Below, piece after piece: positions 38,901-47,884 of a stretch of DNA of 64,000 bases. The notes below the pieces were generated by a model. The model searched no databases. It saw only the letters and a program-made list of their open reading frames with translations, and was not told where the DNA came from. Origin of the DNA: Elusimicrobiota bacterium (GTDB taxonomy: Bacteria > Elusimicrobiota > Elusimicrobia > UBA1565 > UBA9628); assembly GCA_016218545.1 (NCBI GenBank), contig JACRDQ010000020.1, forward strand, positions 34,455 to 98,454. The letters are read 5' to 3'. The position numbers and the translations under genes are program-made. The first letter of the stretch is position 1; every line of letters begins with the position of its first letter.

Positions 38901-39481
38901 TCGATGGAGAGCTTCCCCCCGGCCCCGGAGGCCTGGACCTCGGGGTTGTAGATCTCGCGCCTGACCTCCTCGTCCGTGAAATCCGGGTGCAGGAGCGTGT
39001 CGAGGCAGGCCTCGAGGAGCCGGTAGAAATCCTCCATCCCGGCCGCGGTGTTGAGCATGTAGCCCGTCAGGTCCGCGTAGGTCCCGGCCGTGTACTCGCC
39101 AAGGCCCATGCTGACCAGCATGTTGAAGCGCTTGCCCTTGGCGCCCTTGCCGAGCACGAGGTGCTCGAGGGCGTGCGGGAGGCCCTTGTCGTCCTCAGCG
39201 AGGGTCTTGAAGGTGATGGAGACCTGGGGGACCGAGGCGAAGAAGAGCAGGTCCGTCTCGAGCCCCGTGGGCCGGTGCAGGAAGCGTCCGCCCATGGCCT
39301 TGCCGAGATGGTTGACGTAGAGGCTGACGCTCGTGAAATCACCGACCCGCCGGCCCTCAGCCAGGCCCTCCAGGGCTCGAGCTCCCTTGGGAGCGGTCCT
39401 GGTCCGGACCGAAGCGGCCCACGCCGGGAGCACGGCGAACGCGCCCAAGACGACCGCGATGAGGAGGAAGAGGGGTTTCAT
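35981..39481 (-). CDS. Large secreted M16-family zinc metallopeptidase (inverzincin, HxxEH).
   Basis: Signal peptide. HALEHLVLGKG inverted zinc motif. 1166 aa with duplicated M16 halves. Confidence 0.8.
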   Translation of the reverse strand: MKPLFLLIAVVLGAFAVLPAWAASVRTRTAPKGARALEGLAEGRRVGDFTSVSLYVNHLGKAMGGRFLHRPTGLETDLLFFASVPQVSITFKTLAEDDKGLPHALEHLVLGKGAKGKRFNMLVSMGLGEYTAGTYADLTGYMLNTAAGMEDFYRLLEACLDTLLHPDFTDEEVRREIYNPEVQASGAGGKLSIEEKGTVYNEMVSGMEKTDLAGWFELSRLAFGPGHPLGRNFAGAPDAMRTVNAAEARAFHARHYRLGPGMNAVIALPADEDPFSFLMRFGAILSKTGAGGGGPAVLPPFQPAEEGSMGIGRYPSADAEAPQDVRLAWRPLPSLSAEDSLALGVLLDLLAGGETSYLHKDTVDRRTRKADFGVASVGAYLDDPPSNLPVVGFSGLPADRVEREGLALLARAVHDRVAWLAGLKPGSPELASVAAKAASLISARRRQLLKFMDNPPRFGMRSGGVAWHKYLERLNASSRSFRKSVPQTQAVERLSARIAAGENVWAEAASKAGLLARPYAASLKPDHELLERQKSEKAGRVKALEAAALASSGGRDLQAALAAVKRVSDLAALELEERDKKVEKASFVQDPPLTLDSELAVRQRELPGIGAAVLSRVGDSPFTEMGLFFDLSRVPAEYHLYLPLLADTLTGTGVTTPGGESLDYSAAIERYRREIYELSSDVAANPATGRLELSLTAASSSRAEVAKAVEWMESCLFRGGLGSGSRDRLLDMTRERVQALRTMTQQREEYWVREPAMAYLYQDQPAWMSIRSPFTKLRHLDRLRWMLEDPAPGELGRLRSVLAEVAATASAKGRKEALAVIGGLPPEMAEGLRWDLASLPEETWREDLGGLARTLSADLGVGSGAAIAKLVELRALVLRKGRVRVSLTGGDAAMDEALRRLKAAAQRLAPAGDPGPAEPSQPVVLTRLAGREPSARDGRRPVHVALVNNGTKSGVLVMSAKGPSYRDLGESDLVDFLAANVLAGSAGHSLFMRTWAEGLAYGNGVGASPLNGRLGYYAERCPSLAATMGFAVAVASSAAVDAPFFLEYALANSFGDYRGSEDFATRGYAMAANLADGVSSETVRAFKSGLVAKARRPGTLAEVRRRLAPVLGRVLVGLGPKVADAPGASAFAIGPAPLLDDYEAFLKANGEGERLVRLYPRDFWLP

Positions 39482-39508
39482 GGCTGGGGACGATTATAGG
39501 ACAAAAGC

Positions 39509-40486
39509 CTACGCGAGCGAACCGCGGATCGAGCGGTAGCTGGCGTACCGGGGCAGGCCCGTCAGGCGGCAGGAGGGCTCCCCGTCGTGCCCGCAGCCCC
39601 GCCCGCACTTGGCCGCAGCGGCAGCCAGGTCAGGGAAATGCCCCAGAAGCTCGGACCTCTTCACGCCCACGAGCCCGAAGTTCATGACCCCAGGAGTGTC
39701 GACGAGGCTCGAGCCCTCCGGGCCCGCCAGCAGGACGGCGCCGGACGTGGTGTGCCGGCCCTTCCCGCTCTTCTCGTTGACCGCGCCGGTCCTGCCGTAC
39801 CCGGCGTCTCCCAGGAGCCGGCGCAGCAAGGAGGTCTTCCCCGCCCCGGACTGGCCGCAGAATACCGCGGTCCTGCCCCGCACCAGGGCCAGGAGGCGCT
39901 CCACGCCCAGGCCTTCGAGGGCGCTGGTCTCGACGACCGCGGCCCCGGCGGAAACGTAGTGCGACCAGGGGCGCTCCGCCGCCGGCCCGACCAGGTCGGC
40001 CTTGTTGACGCAGAGGATCCGCTCGATGCCCTGGACCGAGGCCGCGACCAGAAAGCGGTCCACGAGCCCGGGGTTGAACCCGGGCTCGGCCGCGGAGGTC
40101 ACGACCACCATGCAGTCCATGTTGGCGGCCAGGACATGGAACACCGGGTCGCGGGCGTTCGGAGCCGGCCGGATGAGCCGGTTGCGGCGCTCGCAGCGGC
40201 CCACGATGGCCCCGGCTTCCACGCGCACGCGGTCTCCCGCGCAGACCGGGGAGCGCTCGCGCACCGCCGCGCCGAAGACCAGGGTGGACATCCGGTAGCC
40301 GCACAAGCGCGTCCGGGCCTCGCCGTCGGCCCGCACCGCGGCTTGGTTCGGGAAAATCTCGGTCACGATGCCGTTGCCGTCCTCCGGTTTGAGGATCTCA
40401 GCCTTCTTGCGGACGGGCTTCTTGCCGGACTTGCGGCGGGAAGGCTCCTCGTCGAACTGGTCTTCGTCGACGAAGCGGGGACCCAT
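39509..40486 (-). CDS. rsgA: Ribosome small-subunit-dependent GTPase A.
   Basis: OB-fold, GTPase motifs VNKADL and GQSGAGKTSLL, and C-terminal zinc finger CGRGCGHDGEPSC. ATG at 40486 lies 6 nt after the MarC stop. The track's start at 40657 is probably an extension. Confidence 0.8.
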   Translation of the reverse strand: MGPRFVDEDQFDEEPSRRKSGKKPVRKKAEILKPEDGNGIVTEIFPNQAAVRADGEARTRLCGYRMSTLVFGAAVRERSPVCAGDRVRVEAGAIVGRCERRNRLIRPAPNARDPVFHVLAANMDCMVVVTSAAEPGFNPGLVDRFLVAASVQGIERILCVNKADLVGPAAERPWSHYVSAGAAVVETSALEGLGVERLLALVRGRTAVFCGQSGAGKTSLLRRLLGDAGYGRTGAVNEKSGKGRHTTSGAVLLAGPEGSSLVDTPGVMNFGLVGVKRSELLGHFPDLAAAAAKCGRGCGHDGEPSCRLTGLPRYASYRSIRGSLA

Positions 40487-40491
40487 CCCCG

Positions 40492-41103
40492 TCAGCCGAG
40501 CTTGAGGCCCACGAGGATGAACTGCACGCCGAGGGCGGCCAGCAGGATCCCCATGAGCCTCTCCATGATGTTCATGAAGGTGGGGCTCAGGCGCTTGGCG
40601 CCCGCGGCCGAGACGTAGAGGATGGCGTAGCTCAACGCCATGACCACGGCCAGGCACGCGAAGAAGACGGCCCCGCGCAGGTGCGTACCTGCCTTCTGGT
40701 GGAGCACCATCGCGGTCGTGATGGCGCCTGGTCCGGAGAGCATCGGGATGCCCAGGGGGGTCACCGCCACGTTGTCCTTGGCCTCTCCTTCGGCCTTCTC
40801 CTCGACCGTCTCCTTGAGCGGGCTGCGCTGGGCGCGCAGCATGTCCAGGGCGGCCAGAAGCAGGATGAGCCCTCCCGCGATCTGGAGCGCGGGCAGGGTG
40901 ATGCCGAAGACCTTGAAAATGATGTTGCCCAGGCCCGCGAACGCGGCCATCACGAACCCGGCCACGAGGCAGGCGGTCCGGGCCATGCGCTGGCGCTCGG
41001 CCGCGGAGTTCTGCGGGGTCATGGCGAGGAACGCGGGGATCGCGCCCAGGGGGTCGACCATGGCGAAGAGAGCGCCGAACGTCAGGACCGCGTATTCCAG
41101 CAT
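40492..41103 (-). CDS. MarC family (UPF0056) integral membrane protein.
   Basis: Six-TM 203-aa protein with the MarC-type N-terminus (FGALFAMVDPLGAIPAFLAMT). Confidence 0.85.
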   Translation of the reverse strand: MLEYAVLTFGALFAMVDPLGAIPAFLAMTPQNSAAERQRMARTACLVAGFVMAAFAGLGNIIFKVFGITLPALQIAGGLILLLAALDMLRAQRSPLKETVEEKAEGEAKDNVAVTPLGIPMLSGPGAITTAMVLHQKAGTHLRGAVFFACLAVVMALSYAILYVSAAGAKRLSPTFMNIMERLMGILLAALGVQFILVGLKLG

Positions 41104-41128
41104 GCGGCCTTATTATACCAACACCAAC

Positions 41129-41198
41129 ACGGTGCCTGGCATTGTATTAATTGTATTTTTCTCCAGAAAAATACAATTAATACAATGCCAGGCACCGT
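41129..41198. promoter_or_regulatory. 70-bp perfect AT-rich palindrome in the divergent MarC/MFS promoter region, a candidate operator.
   Basis: ACGGTGCCTGGCATTGTATTAATTGTATTTTTCT-CC-AGAAAAATACAATTAATACAATGCCAGGCACCGT. The arms are exact reverse complements. Confidence 0.6.
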
Positions 41199-41217
41199 TA
41201 TTGTACTATTGACGCGG

Positions 41218-42411
41218 ATGAACGCGAACCCCTACTACGTCCTGGCCGTGCTCTTCCTCGTCAATCTCCTCAACTACATCGACCGCCAGGTTCTCTACGC
41301 CGTGTTCCCCCTCATCAAGCCGGACCTCATGCTCTCCGACACCCAGCTGGGAGCCCTGGCCTCATCCTTCATGGTCGTCTACATGTGCGCGGCGCCCTTC
41401 GCAGGCTGGTTCGGGGACCGCTCGAACAGAAGCCGCTGGCTGGCCGGAGGCGTAGGGATCTGGAGCCTGGCCACGGTCTTCTCCGGGCTGTCCAAGACCT
41501 ACGCCCAGCTCCTGGGAGCGCGCTCCCTGGTCGGCATCGGCGAGGCCTGCTACGGAAGCATCTCCCCCTCCTTCATCGCCGAGCGCTTCAAGCTCGACAC
41601 CCGCGCCCGGGTCCTGGGCTTCTTCTCCATGGCCATCCCGGTGGGCAGCGCCCTGGGGTACGTGCTCGGAGGGCAGCTCGGCGAGCGCTACGGCTGGCGC
41701 ACCGCGTTCTTCATGGTAGGAGTCCCGGGCCTGGCCGCGGCCTTCCTCTGCTCTTTGCTCAAGGACCCCAGGAGCGACGCTGCCGGCCGCAAGCCCGCGC
41801 CGCCGGGCTGGTCCGCCTACGCGGGCCTGCTCAAGAACCGCATCTTCGTGGCCGACACCCTGGCCGGGGCGGCCATGACCTTCGCCGTGGGGGGCCTGGC
41901 GGCGTGGATGCCCTCCTACTTCGTGCGCACCTGGAACGTGTCCGTGGGCCAGGCCGGCCTCTGGTTCGGGGGCGTCACCGTGGCCGCAGGCGCGCTCGGG
42001 AGCCTGACCGGCGGCTGGGTCGGCGACTGGGCGCTCCGCTACACGAAGAAGTCCTATTTCCTCGTCACGGGCGTGGGCTTTTTGGCCTGCATCCCCTTCG
42101 GCGCCGCGACCCTCTGGGCCCCGGACTGCCGCACCGCGCTGCTCTTCCTCTTCTGCGCCGAGTTCCTCATCTTCATGAACAACGGCCCCTTGAACGCGCT
42201 CCTGGTGGACTGCACGCCCGTGGCCATCCGCTCCATGGCCTTCGCCGTGAACATCTTCTTCATCCACGCCCTCGGAGACGCGCTCTCGCCGACCCTCATC
42301 GGCTGGGTGTCCGACAAGACCGACCTCAGGACCGGCATCGCCCTGGCCCTGGGAGCGATGTTCCTGGCCTCCCTCTTCTGCCTGTGGGGGACCCGGTATA
42401 TGGAAGACTAG
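41218..42411 (+). CDS. MFS transporter.
   Basis: Twelve predicted TM segments and the MFS motif GWFGDRSNRSRWL (G-x-x-x-D-R-x-G-R-R). The ATG follows the palindromic intergenic region. Confidence 0.8.
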   Translation: MNANPYYVLAVLFLVNLLNYIDRQVLYAVFPLIKPDLMLSDTQLGALASSFMVVYMCAAPFAGWFGDRSNRSRWLAGGVGIWSLATVFSGLSKTYAQLLGARSLVGIGEACYGSISPSFIAERFKLDTRARVLGFFSMAIPVGSALGYVLGGQLGERYGWRTAFFMVGVPGLAAAFLCSLLKDPRSDAAGRKPAPPGWSAYAGLLKNRIFVADTLAGAAMTFAVGGLAAWMPSYFVRTWNVSVGQAGLWFGGVTVAAGALGSLTGGWVGDWALRYTKKSYFLVTGVGFLACIPFGAATLWAPDCRTALLFLFCAEFLIFMNNGPLNALLVDCTPVAIRSMAFAVNIFFIHALGDALSPTLIGWVSDKTDLRTGIALALGAMFLASLFCLWGTRYMED

Positions 42412-43832
42412 AAGCCGGTCGCCAGCGCGCCCCAGAGGAAGAGCACGTTGAGGACGAAGAACACCACCTGCATCCAGAACACCCACTTGACCCAGGTCCA
42501 CCAGTCGAGCCTGGCCAGGGCCAGGCAGCCGATGAGGGTGTTGTTGGTAGGCATGAGCTGGTCCGTGAACCCGTTGCCGAACTGGAAGATGAGCACCGTG
42601 GTCTGCCGGGAGATGCCCAGGAGGTCCCCCAACGGCGCCATGATGGGCACGGTGAGCGCTGCCTGGCCCGAGCCCGAGCTCACGAAGATGTTGATGACGT
42701 GCTGGACGCAGAGCATCACCACCACGCTCGCGTAGCGTGAAAGGTCGGCCAAGGGCGCGGACATGGAGTTCAGCAGGGTGTCGATGATCTTCCCCTCGGT
42801 CGCCAGGACCACCATGCCCTGGGAGAAGCCCACCACGATGGCCGCGCCCACGAGGCTGGCCGCGCCCTCCTGGAAGGCCTCGGCCATGTCATTGACCTTC
42901 ATCCTGCAGGCCAAGCCGGTCAAAACGCCCATCGCCATGAAGACCCCGGTGATCTCGGCCATGTACCACTTGAGCTTGACCACTCCCAGCACGATGACCG
43001 CCAGGCTTGCGGCCAGCATGAGCAAGCCCGCGACATGCCCCGCCGTCATGGTCTTCTCGTGCCGGGCCGCCTCGGCCATGTGCTTCCTCGTCTCGTGGTC
43101 GCGCTCGTAGACCGGGCTTGCGGACGGGTCCTTCTTGACCTTGGCGGCGTGGCGCATGACGAACCAGATGGCCAGGCCCGTGAACGCGAACCAGCACAAG
43201 GTGCGGTAGCCGACGCCCGAGAACAGAGGCACACCCGCGATGCCCTGCGCCACCCCGACCGTGAAGGGGTTGAGCATGGCGGCCGAGAACCCGATGGAGG
43301 AGGCCACGAAGGGGATGGCGAAGCCCGTGATCGAGTCGTAGCCGCAGGCGAGCGCGATGGGCACGAAGATGCTGATGAAGGGGATCGTCTCCTCGCTCAT
43401 GCCGAAGACCGCGCCGCAGAGCGAGAAGAAGGTCATGAAGATGGGGATGATCCAGAGCTCCTTGCCGCGGAAGGCCTTCAAGACCTTGAAGATGCCGGCG
43501 TCGATGGTGCCGCTCTTCTGCACGATGCCGAAGACCCCGCCCACGATGATGAGGAAGGCGATGATGGTCGCCCCCTTCTCAAGGCCGCGCAGCGGCGCGG
43601 TCAGAAGGTCCATGAACCCCGCGGCCCGCGCCGCCACCGGGCGGTAGGTCCCCGCGACCACGACCTTGCGCCCTTCCCGCTCGACCGTGTCGAACTCGCC
43701 CGCGGGCACGACGTGGGTGGCCAGGCCGGCCAGGACCAGGAGCCCTGCGATGACGACCAGCACGTGCGGCATCTGCAACCGATCGAGCCACGACTTCATC
43801 GCGGAAATCATACCATAGGACCTCGGTCCCAA
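42408..43832 (-). CDS. YfcC/DcuC-like anion transporter family membrane protein.
   Basis: Polytopic membrane protein with YfcC-family-like architecture. Start may be at an internal Met (MISAMKSW). Confidence 0.75.
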   Translation of the reverse strand: MGPRSYGMISAMKSWLDRLQMPHVLVVIAGLLVLAGLATHVVPAGEFDTVEREGRKVVVAGTYRPVAARAAGFMDLLTAPLRGLEKGATIIAFLIIVGGVFGIVQKSGTIDAGIFKVLKAFRGKELWIIPIFMTFFSLCGAVFGMSEETIPFISIFVPIALACGYDSITGFAIPFVASSIGFSAAMLNPFTVGVAQGIAGVPLFSGVGYRTLCWFAFTGLAIWFVMRHAAKVKKDPSASPVYERDHETRKHMAEAARHEKTMTAGHVAGLLMLAASLAVIVLGVVKLKWYMAEITGVFMAMGVLTGLACRMKVNDMAEAFQEGAASLVGAAIVVGFSQGMVVLATEGKIIDTLLNSMSAPLADLSRYASVVVMLCVQHVINIFVSSGSGQAALTVPIMAPLGDLLGISRQTTVLIFQFGNGFTDQLMPTNNTLIGCLALARLDWWTWVKWVFWMQVVFFVLNVLFLWGALATGF

Positions 43833-43898
43833 TCAGGCGTGGGCCCAACGGCCCTTCCGCGTAGGTCCAAAGGCTGATACGCTCCAAAAGCGCCAGCC

Positions 43899-45896
43899 AT
43901 GAAGATACCGACGTTGTCCGCAGCCGTGCTCCTGGCCGTGCCCTGGCCGGCGCTGGCCTCGCCCGCCGACCTGGCCTCCTCGAAGGCTTCCCTGTCCGGG
44001 ACCCGGGGGCTCCAGGAAGCGGATGCGGCGCTCCGAGCCCTCTTCGACGGCACCCTGGGAGCACGGGCCCCGGCCCGAGGAGCCTCCACCCGCTCAGCCT
44101 CCTACGAGCGCGTCCGCGAGCTCCGAGAGGTCTTAGGGATCGGCGGCGGGGGCGGCATCCTGCCCTTCACCTTCCGGCCCGCGGGAGGCGGCGCGGTCAC
44201 GGCACAGAACGCGGGCCTGGAGGGCTTCGTCTACGCCGAGGAACGACTCTCCGCGGCCCAGGGACAGGCGAGCCTCCGCCACCACACGACCGATTACGCG
44301 AGGTACCTCGAGGCCCTGCTCTCTCCGGTCTCCTGGGCAGGTCCTGCCAGACAGCGGGTCCGGGACATCATGGCTTCGGACGCAAGGGAGGACGAGAGAT
44401 ACGAGAGGCTCGTGGCCTTCACCCGGGACTATACGGAGGGCCTGCGCAGCCAGCTCGCTTCCTTGGACAAGTCCGGCTGGGTCAAGGAAGCCCGCGTCTA
44501 CGAGATCTTCCCGCGCGCCTTCAACCTCGCCGGCAAGAGGCAGGCCTCGGGCTCGCCTCCCGGGCCTGGCGGGCCCTTCTTCGCGGATCTCCAGTCCTCC
44601 GACCTGGCCGACATCAAGGCCCAGGGCTTCGACACGGTATGGGTGATGGGCATCTTCCCCATCGGAGAGAGGAGCCGCTCAGGCACCGGGGGAGGCTCGC
44701 CCTACTCCATCAAGGACCACGAAGCCGTCCACCCAGACCTCGGGACCGAGGAGGATTTCCGCGGGTTCGTGAGGCGCGCCCATGGCCAGGGCCTGAAGGT
44801 CATCATCGACTTCGTGCCCAACCACACCTCCATGGATTCCAAGCTCCTCATGGCCAGGCCGGACTTCTTCATCCACCGCCGGGGCGCAAGCCAGCCCAGG
44901 GGTTATTTCGACCACGCCGACCCGGCGACCGGGGAGAAGTACTGGATCGCGCACGGGGGCTACGAGTCCTTCGGGAGCATCGATTTCTGGATCGACACCG
45001 CCCAGGTGAACTACGCCTCCGAGGGCCTGCGCGCGGAGATGACGCGCATCGTGCTGGGCTGGGTCCGGCGCTTCGGCGTGGACGGCTTCCGCGTGGACAT
45101 GGCCTACCTTGACCTCAACGCCGCCTTCTCCAGGGCCTGGCGGGTCTCCACCCCTCGGCGCGAGTTCATGGAGCAGCTCATCACGAGCGTCAAGTCCGCC
45201 TACCCCGGCACGGGCTTCATCGCCGAGGCCTACGACGGCTGGGACACGCTCTCCTGGTGCGGCTTCGACCTCATCTACAGCAAGAACAACATGTCCCGGG
45301 CCGGGGAGCACCACGGCTGGTACGACGCGGCGCAGAGCCGCGACCCTGGCTGGATCCGCGAGGCCCTCAAGAGAGCCGAGTTCCTCCAGTGGCAGACCGG
45401 CGGCTCCGCGGGCCTGGACTTCATCGGCAACCACGACGAGGCCTCCCCCCGCCGCTCCTTCGGCGCCTGGGAGCGGGGAGCCGCGGCCCTGACCCTCATG
45501 ATGCCCGGGAGTCTCCTCTTCTACGGCTCCCAGGAGATCGGGTTCGACAAACCCATCCCCTCGGAGCCGAAGTCCCTGCCATTCGGCGTTCCCGTGAGCG
45601 TGGATTGGCGCGGAGGAGATCAGGCCCTGGCCGCCTTCTACCGCGACGCGTTCCGCAAGGCCCAGCGCCTGCGCCAGCGCCTCCCTTCAGCCTCCATGAG
45701 GACCCTGGGCCCAGGCCCTGACCCGGGCTGGGTGGGCTATGCCCTGGTGTCCAAGGGAGCCAGGAAAGCAGGCGCGCTGGTTCTGGCCAATCCCACGGGC
45801 CGCTGGGTGAACTGCCAGGTCAAGGACCCGCGTCTCGGCGTGGACTGGAGCGGGAACCTTGAGCCGGGCGGCTGGACCGTCGTCGAGCTGGAATAG
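43899..45896 (+). CDS. Secreted GH13 alpha-amylase-family glycoside hydrolase.
   Basis: Signal peptide. VYEIFPRAF, GFDTVWVMGIF, DFVPNH and GFRVDMA catalytic-region motifs. Confidence 0.8.
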   Translation: MKIPTLSAAVLLAVPWPALASPADLASSKASLSGTRGLQEADAALRALFDGTLGARAPARGASTRSASYERVRELREVLGIGGGGGILPFTFRPAGGGAVTAQNAGLEGFVYAEERLSAAQGQASLRHHTTDYARYLEALLSPVSWAGPARQRVRDIMASDAREDERYERLVAFTRDYTEGLRSQLASLDKSGWVKEARVYEIFPRAFNLAGKRQASGSPPGPGGPFFADLQSSDLADIKAQGFDTVWVMGIFPIGERSRSGTGGGSPYSIKDHEAVHPDLGTEEDFRGFVRRAHGQGLKVIIDFVPNHTSMDSKLLMARPDFFIHRRGASQPRGYFDHADPATGEKYWIAHGGYESFGSIDFWIDTAQVNYASEGLRAEMTRIVLGWVRRFGVDGFRVDMAYLDLNAAFSRAWRVSTPRREFMEQLITSVKSAYPGTGFIAEAYDGWDTLSWCGFDLIYSKNNMSRAGEHHGWYDAAQSRDPGWIREALKRAEFLQWQTGGSAGLDFIGNHDEASPRRSFGAWERGAAALTLMMPGSLLFYGSQEIGFDKPIPSEPKSLPFGVPVSVDWRGGDQALAAFYRDAFRKAQRLRQRLPSASMRTLGPGPDPGWVGYALVSKGARKAGALVLANPTGRWVNCQVKDPRLGVDWSGNLEPGGWTVVELE

Positions 45897-45927
45897 GCCT
45901 GGGCACAACCACCAGGAAGGTGGGAGG

Positions 45928-46971
45928 TCAGAACAAGGGGTGGGACTTGCCGTCGAGCTCGAAGACGGTCTCGCGCAGCCCCCAAGGCCCGGCCTCCACC
46001 CCGAGGAAGTGGGTGGTCTTGCGCTTGGGGTAGCCGGGCGGCAGGGGGTAGAGGGGCGAGCCCCCGCCGGCGGTCAGGACGTAGCGCACGCCGTCGACCT
46101 GGGCGGTCCCCAGGGCGTGGATGTGGCCGAAGTAGACCCTGGCCACCTTGGCCGCGGACACGAGCTTGCGGAACTCGGCGCTGCCCTCGTCGAAGTAGCC
46201 GCTCATGTTGTAGCCCTTCTCGGTCATGGGCGAGACCAGGAGCCCGCGCAGATAGCCGGGGGGCACGTGCGTGAAGACCAGCACCGGGAGCCGGGTCTCG
46301 AGCAGGCCCGCCAGCCAGGAGAGCTGCTCCGGGAGGAGCCTGCGGTCCGCCGAGTCCAGGACGATGAAGCGCCAGCCGTTGTAGTCGAAGGTGTAGTCGG
46401 TCTTCACGAACACGGCCTTGAACAGGTTCTTGTCCGCCTCGCCGTTGGGCTGGGAACGGTCGTGGTTGCCCGGCACGACCAGGAAGGGCAGGCGCACCTC
46501 CGCGTTGAGGAACTCCACGAGCTTGACGTAGTTGCCCTCCACGCCCTTGGACACGATGTCCCCGAGCTGGATCATGAAGTCGGCGTTCTTCCCCTGGATG
46601 CGGCGGATGTGCTTGCGAAAGGCGTCCGAGGGCGCGAAGATGCGCTGCCACGGGAAGCGGCCGGGCTCGGCGTCGCCGATGACGGCGAATTGAAAGCTGG
46701 CCTTGGGCTCGGGATGGGAGGCCAGGAGCTTGGCGATCTGGACGTCATTGCCCCAGACCTTGCCCGCCTCTGCCAAGTCCACCCGAGGCGCGGCCGGGGC
46801 AGGCTTTCCCTGGATGGAGGAGAGCAGTCGCAGGGGCACGCGTTCGAGGATGTCGAATCCCATGGTATCGGCGCCGTCGAAGGGGACCGAGACCCCCGCG
46901 TCGGCGGCGAAAGCGCGGGGGACGCATGCGCACAGGGCCAGGAGGGCGCTGAGCCACAGAAGGCGGCGCAT
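45928..46971 (-). CDS. Secreted calcineurin-like metallophosphoesterase.
   Basis: Signal peptide MRRLLWLSALLALCA. FAVIGDAEPG and GNHD motifs. Start chosen at an internal Met of the track ORF. Confidence 0.7.
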   Translation of the reverse strand: MRRLLWLSALLALCACVPRAFAADAGVSVPFDGADTMGFDILERVPLRLLSSIQGKPAPAAPRVDLAEAGKVWGNDVQIAKLLASHPEPKASFQFAVIGDAEPGRFPWQRIFAPSDAFRKHIRRIQGKNADFMIQLGDIVSKGVEGNYVKLVEFLNAEVRLPFLVVPGNHDRSQPNGEADKNLFKAVFVKTDYTFDYNGWRFIVLDSADRRLLPEQLSWLAGLLETRLPVLVFTHVPPGYLRGLLVSPMTEKGYNMSGYFDEGSAEFRKLVSAAKVARVYFGHIHALGTAQVDGVRYVLTAGGGSPLYPLPPGYPKRKTTHFLGVEAGPWGLRETVFELDGKSHPLF

Positions 46972-47090
46972 CACCATTATATTATAGCACATGGGACCAT
47001 GGGACCTGCCTGGCCTGGGTCCCTCGCCTGCAGGGGTCCTGGGCCCATGGACACCTGACGCGGAGGCTTCCAGCCGGCATACTCTTAGGG

Positions 47091-47426
47091 ATGACCCGCA
47101 CATGGGCTCTCCTGGCCTCGGCAGGCCTCGCCTGCGCCTCCTTCCTGGCCTTCGCCGCGACCCGCGACAGCGCGCCCAGGGACCAGCCCCAGGTCGTGAC
47201 GGACGGATTCAGCGTGGATCAGCCCCCGGCCGTGATGCGGGACGCCGTGGCATCCGGCGGCCCCCTCATGCTGGGAGCGCGCTTCGTGCCTCCGCCCCCG
47301 GCCCTGTCAGCGGCGTTCGGCCCAGGCATGCCGGCCGGACCCAAACCAGCGGCAGCGGCGGGCCCCAAGAAGCCCGGCCTCATCAAGACCCTCCTGTCCC
47401 GCCTCAGGCGGGCCTGGCGGCGCTGA
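47091..47426 (+). CDS. Small hypothetical secreted Pro/Ala-rich protein.
   Basis: Signal-peptide-like N-terminus. Weak call. Confidence 0.3.
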   Translation: MTRTWALLASAGLACASFLAFAATRDSAPRDQPQVVTDGFSVDQPPAVMRDAVASGGPLMLGARFVPPPPALSAAFGPGMPAGPKPAAAAGPKKPGLIKTLLSRLRRAWRR

Positions 47427-47452
47427 TCCCGCTTCCCACCCCCTGGGCCATT

Positions 47453-47461
47453 TGATATCAT
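47453..47461 (+). promoter_or_regulatory. Extended -10 box TGATATCAT, predicted TSS at or next to the start codon (leaderless).
   Basis: TTTGATATCAT ends 7 nt before the ATG at 47468. The same motif occurs at 58891-58899 and 21369-21377. Confidence 0.4.
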
Positions 47462-47467
47462 GCGGCC

Positions 47468-47872
47468 ATGGGACTCATCTCCATGGCAGCGGTCGAGGAG
47501 CTCACGGACTCCAGGCTCTACGAGCATGAGGCGCGGCTCTTCCGCAGGAAGGTGGTGGACGGCGACCGCGTCGCCGCCATCTTCGAGCGCTTCGCGACGG
47601 AGGAGCGGCTCCACCACGAGATCCTCCGGGGCATGGCGACCATCGACGAGTTGGGCGCGGCGGCGACGAGCAAGCCCCCGTTCTCCGACTCCCTGCGCGA
47701 GTCCCTGAGGACCCACGTGGAGCGCGAGCTGCGCTCGATCCACGCCCTCGAGGAGCTCCTCAAGGACCGCGAGGACCCTCGCCAGCGGATCACGATCAAG
47801 GGCATCAGGGCCGACGAGAAGGAGCACCTGGAGACGGCGCTCCGCTACCTGAAAGCCCTGCAGTCCCGCTAG
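47468..47872 (+). CDS. Ferritin-like / rubrerythrin-like small protein.
   Basis: Two ExxH motifs (EERLHHE and EKEHLE) at the spacing typical of di-iron four-helix-bundle proteins. TGATATCAT box sits 7 nt upstream. Confidence 0.5.
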   Translation: MGLISMAAVEELTDSRLYEHEARLFRRKVVDGDRVAAIFERFATEERLHHEILRGMATIDELGAAATSKPPFSDSLRESLRTHVERELRSIHALEELLKDREDPRQRITIKGIRADEKEHLETALRYLKALQSR

Positions 47873-47884
47873 GCCGCGGCTCGC

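Noticed and set aside
37145-39499. 784-aa plus-strand ORF
   Set aside because: Antisense to the M16 peptidase gene, which has the HxxEH motif.
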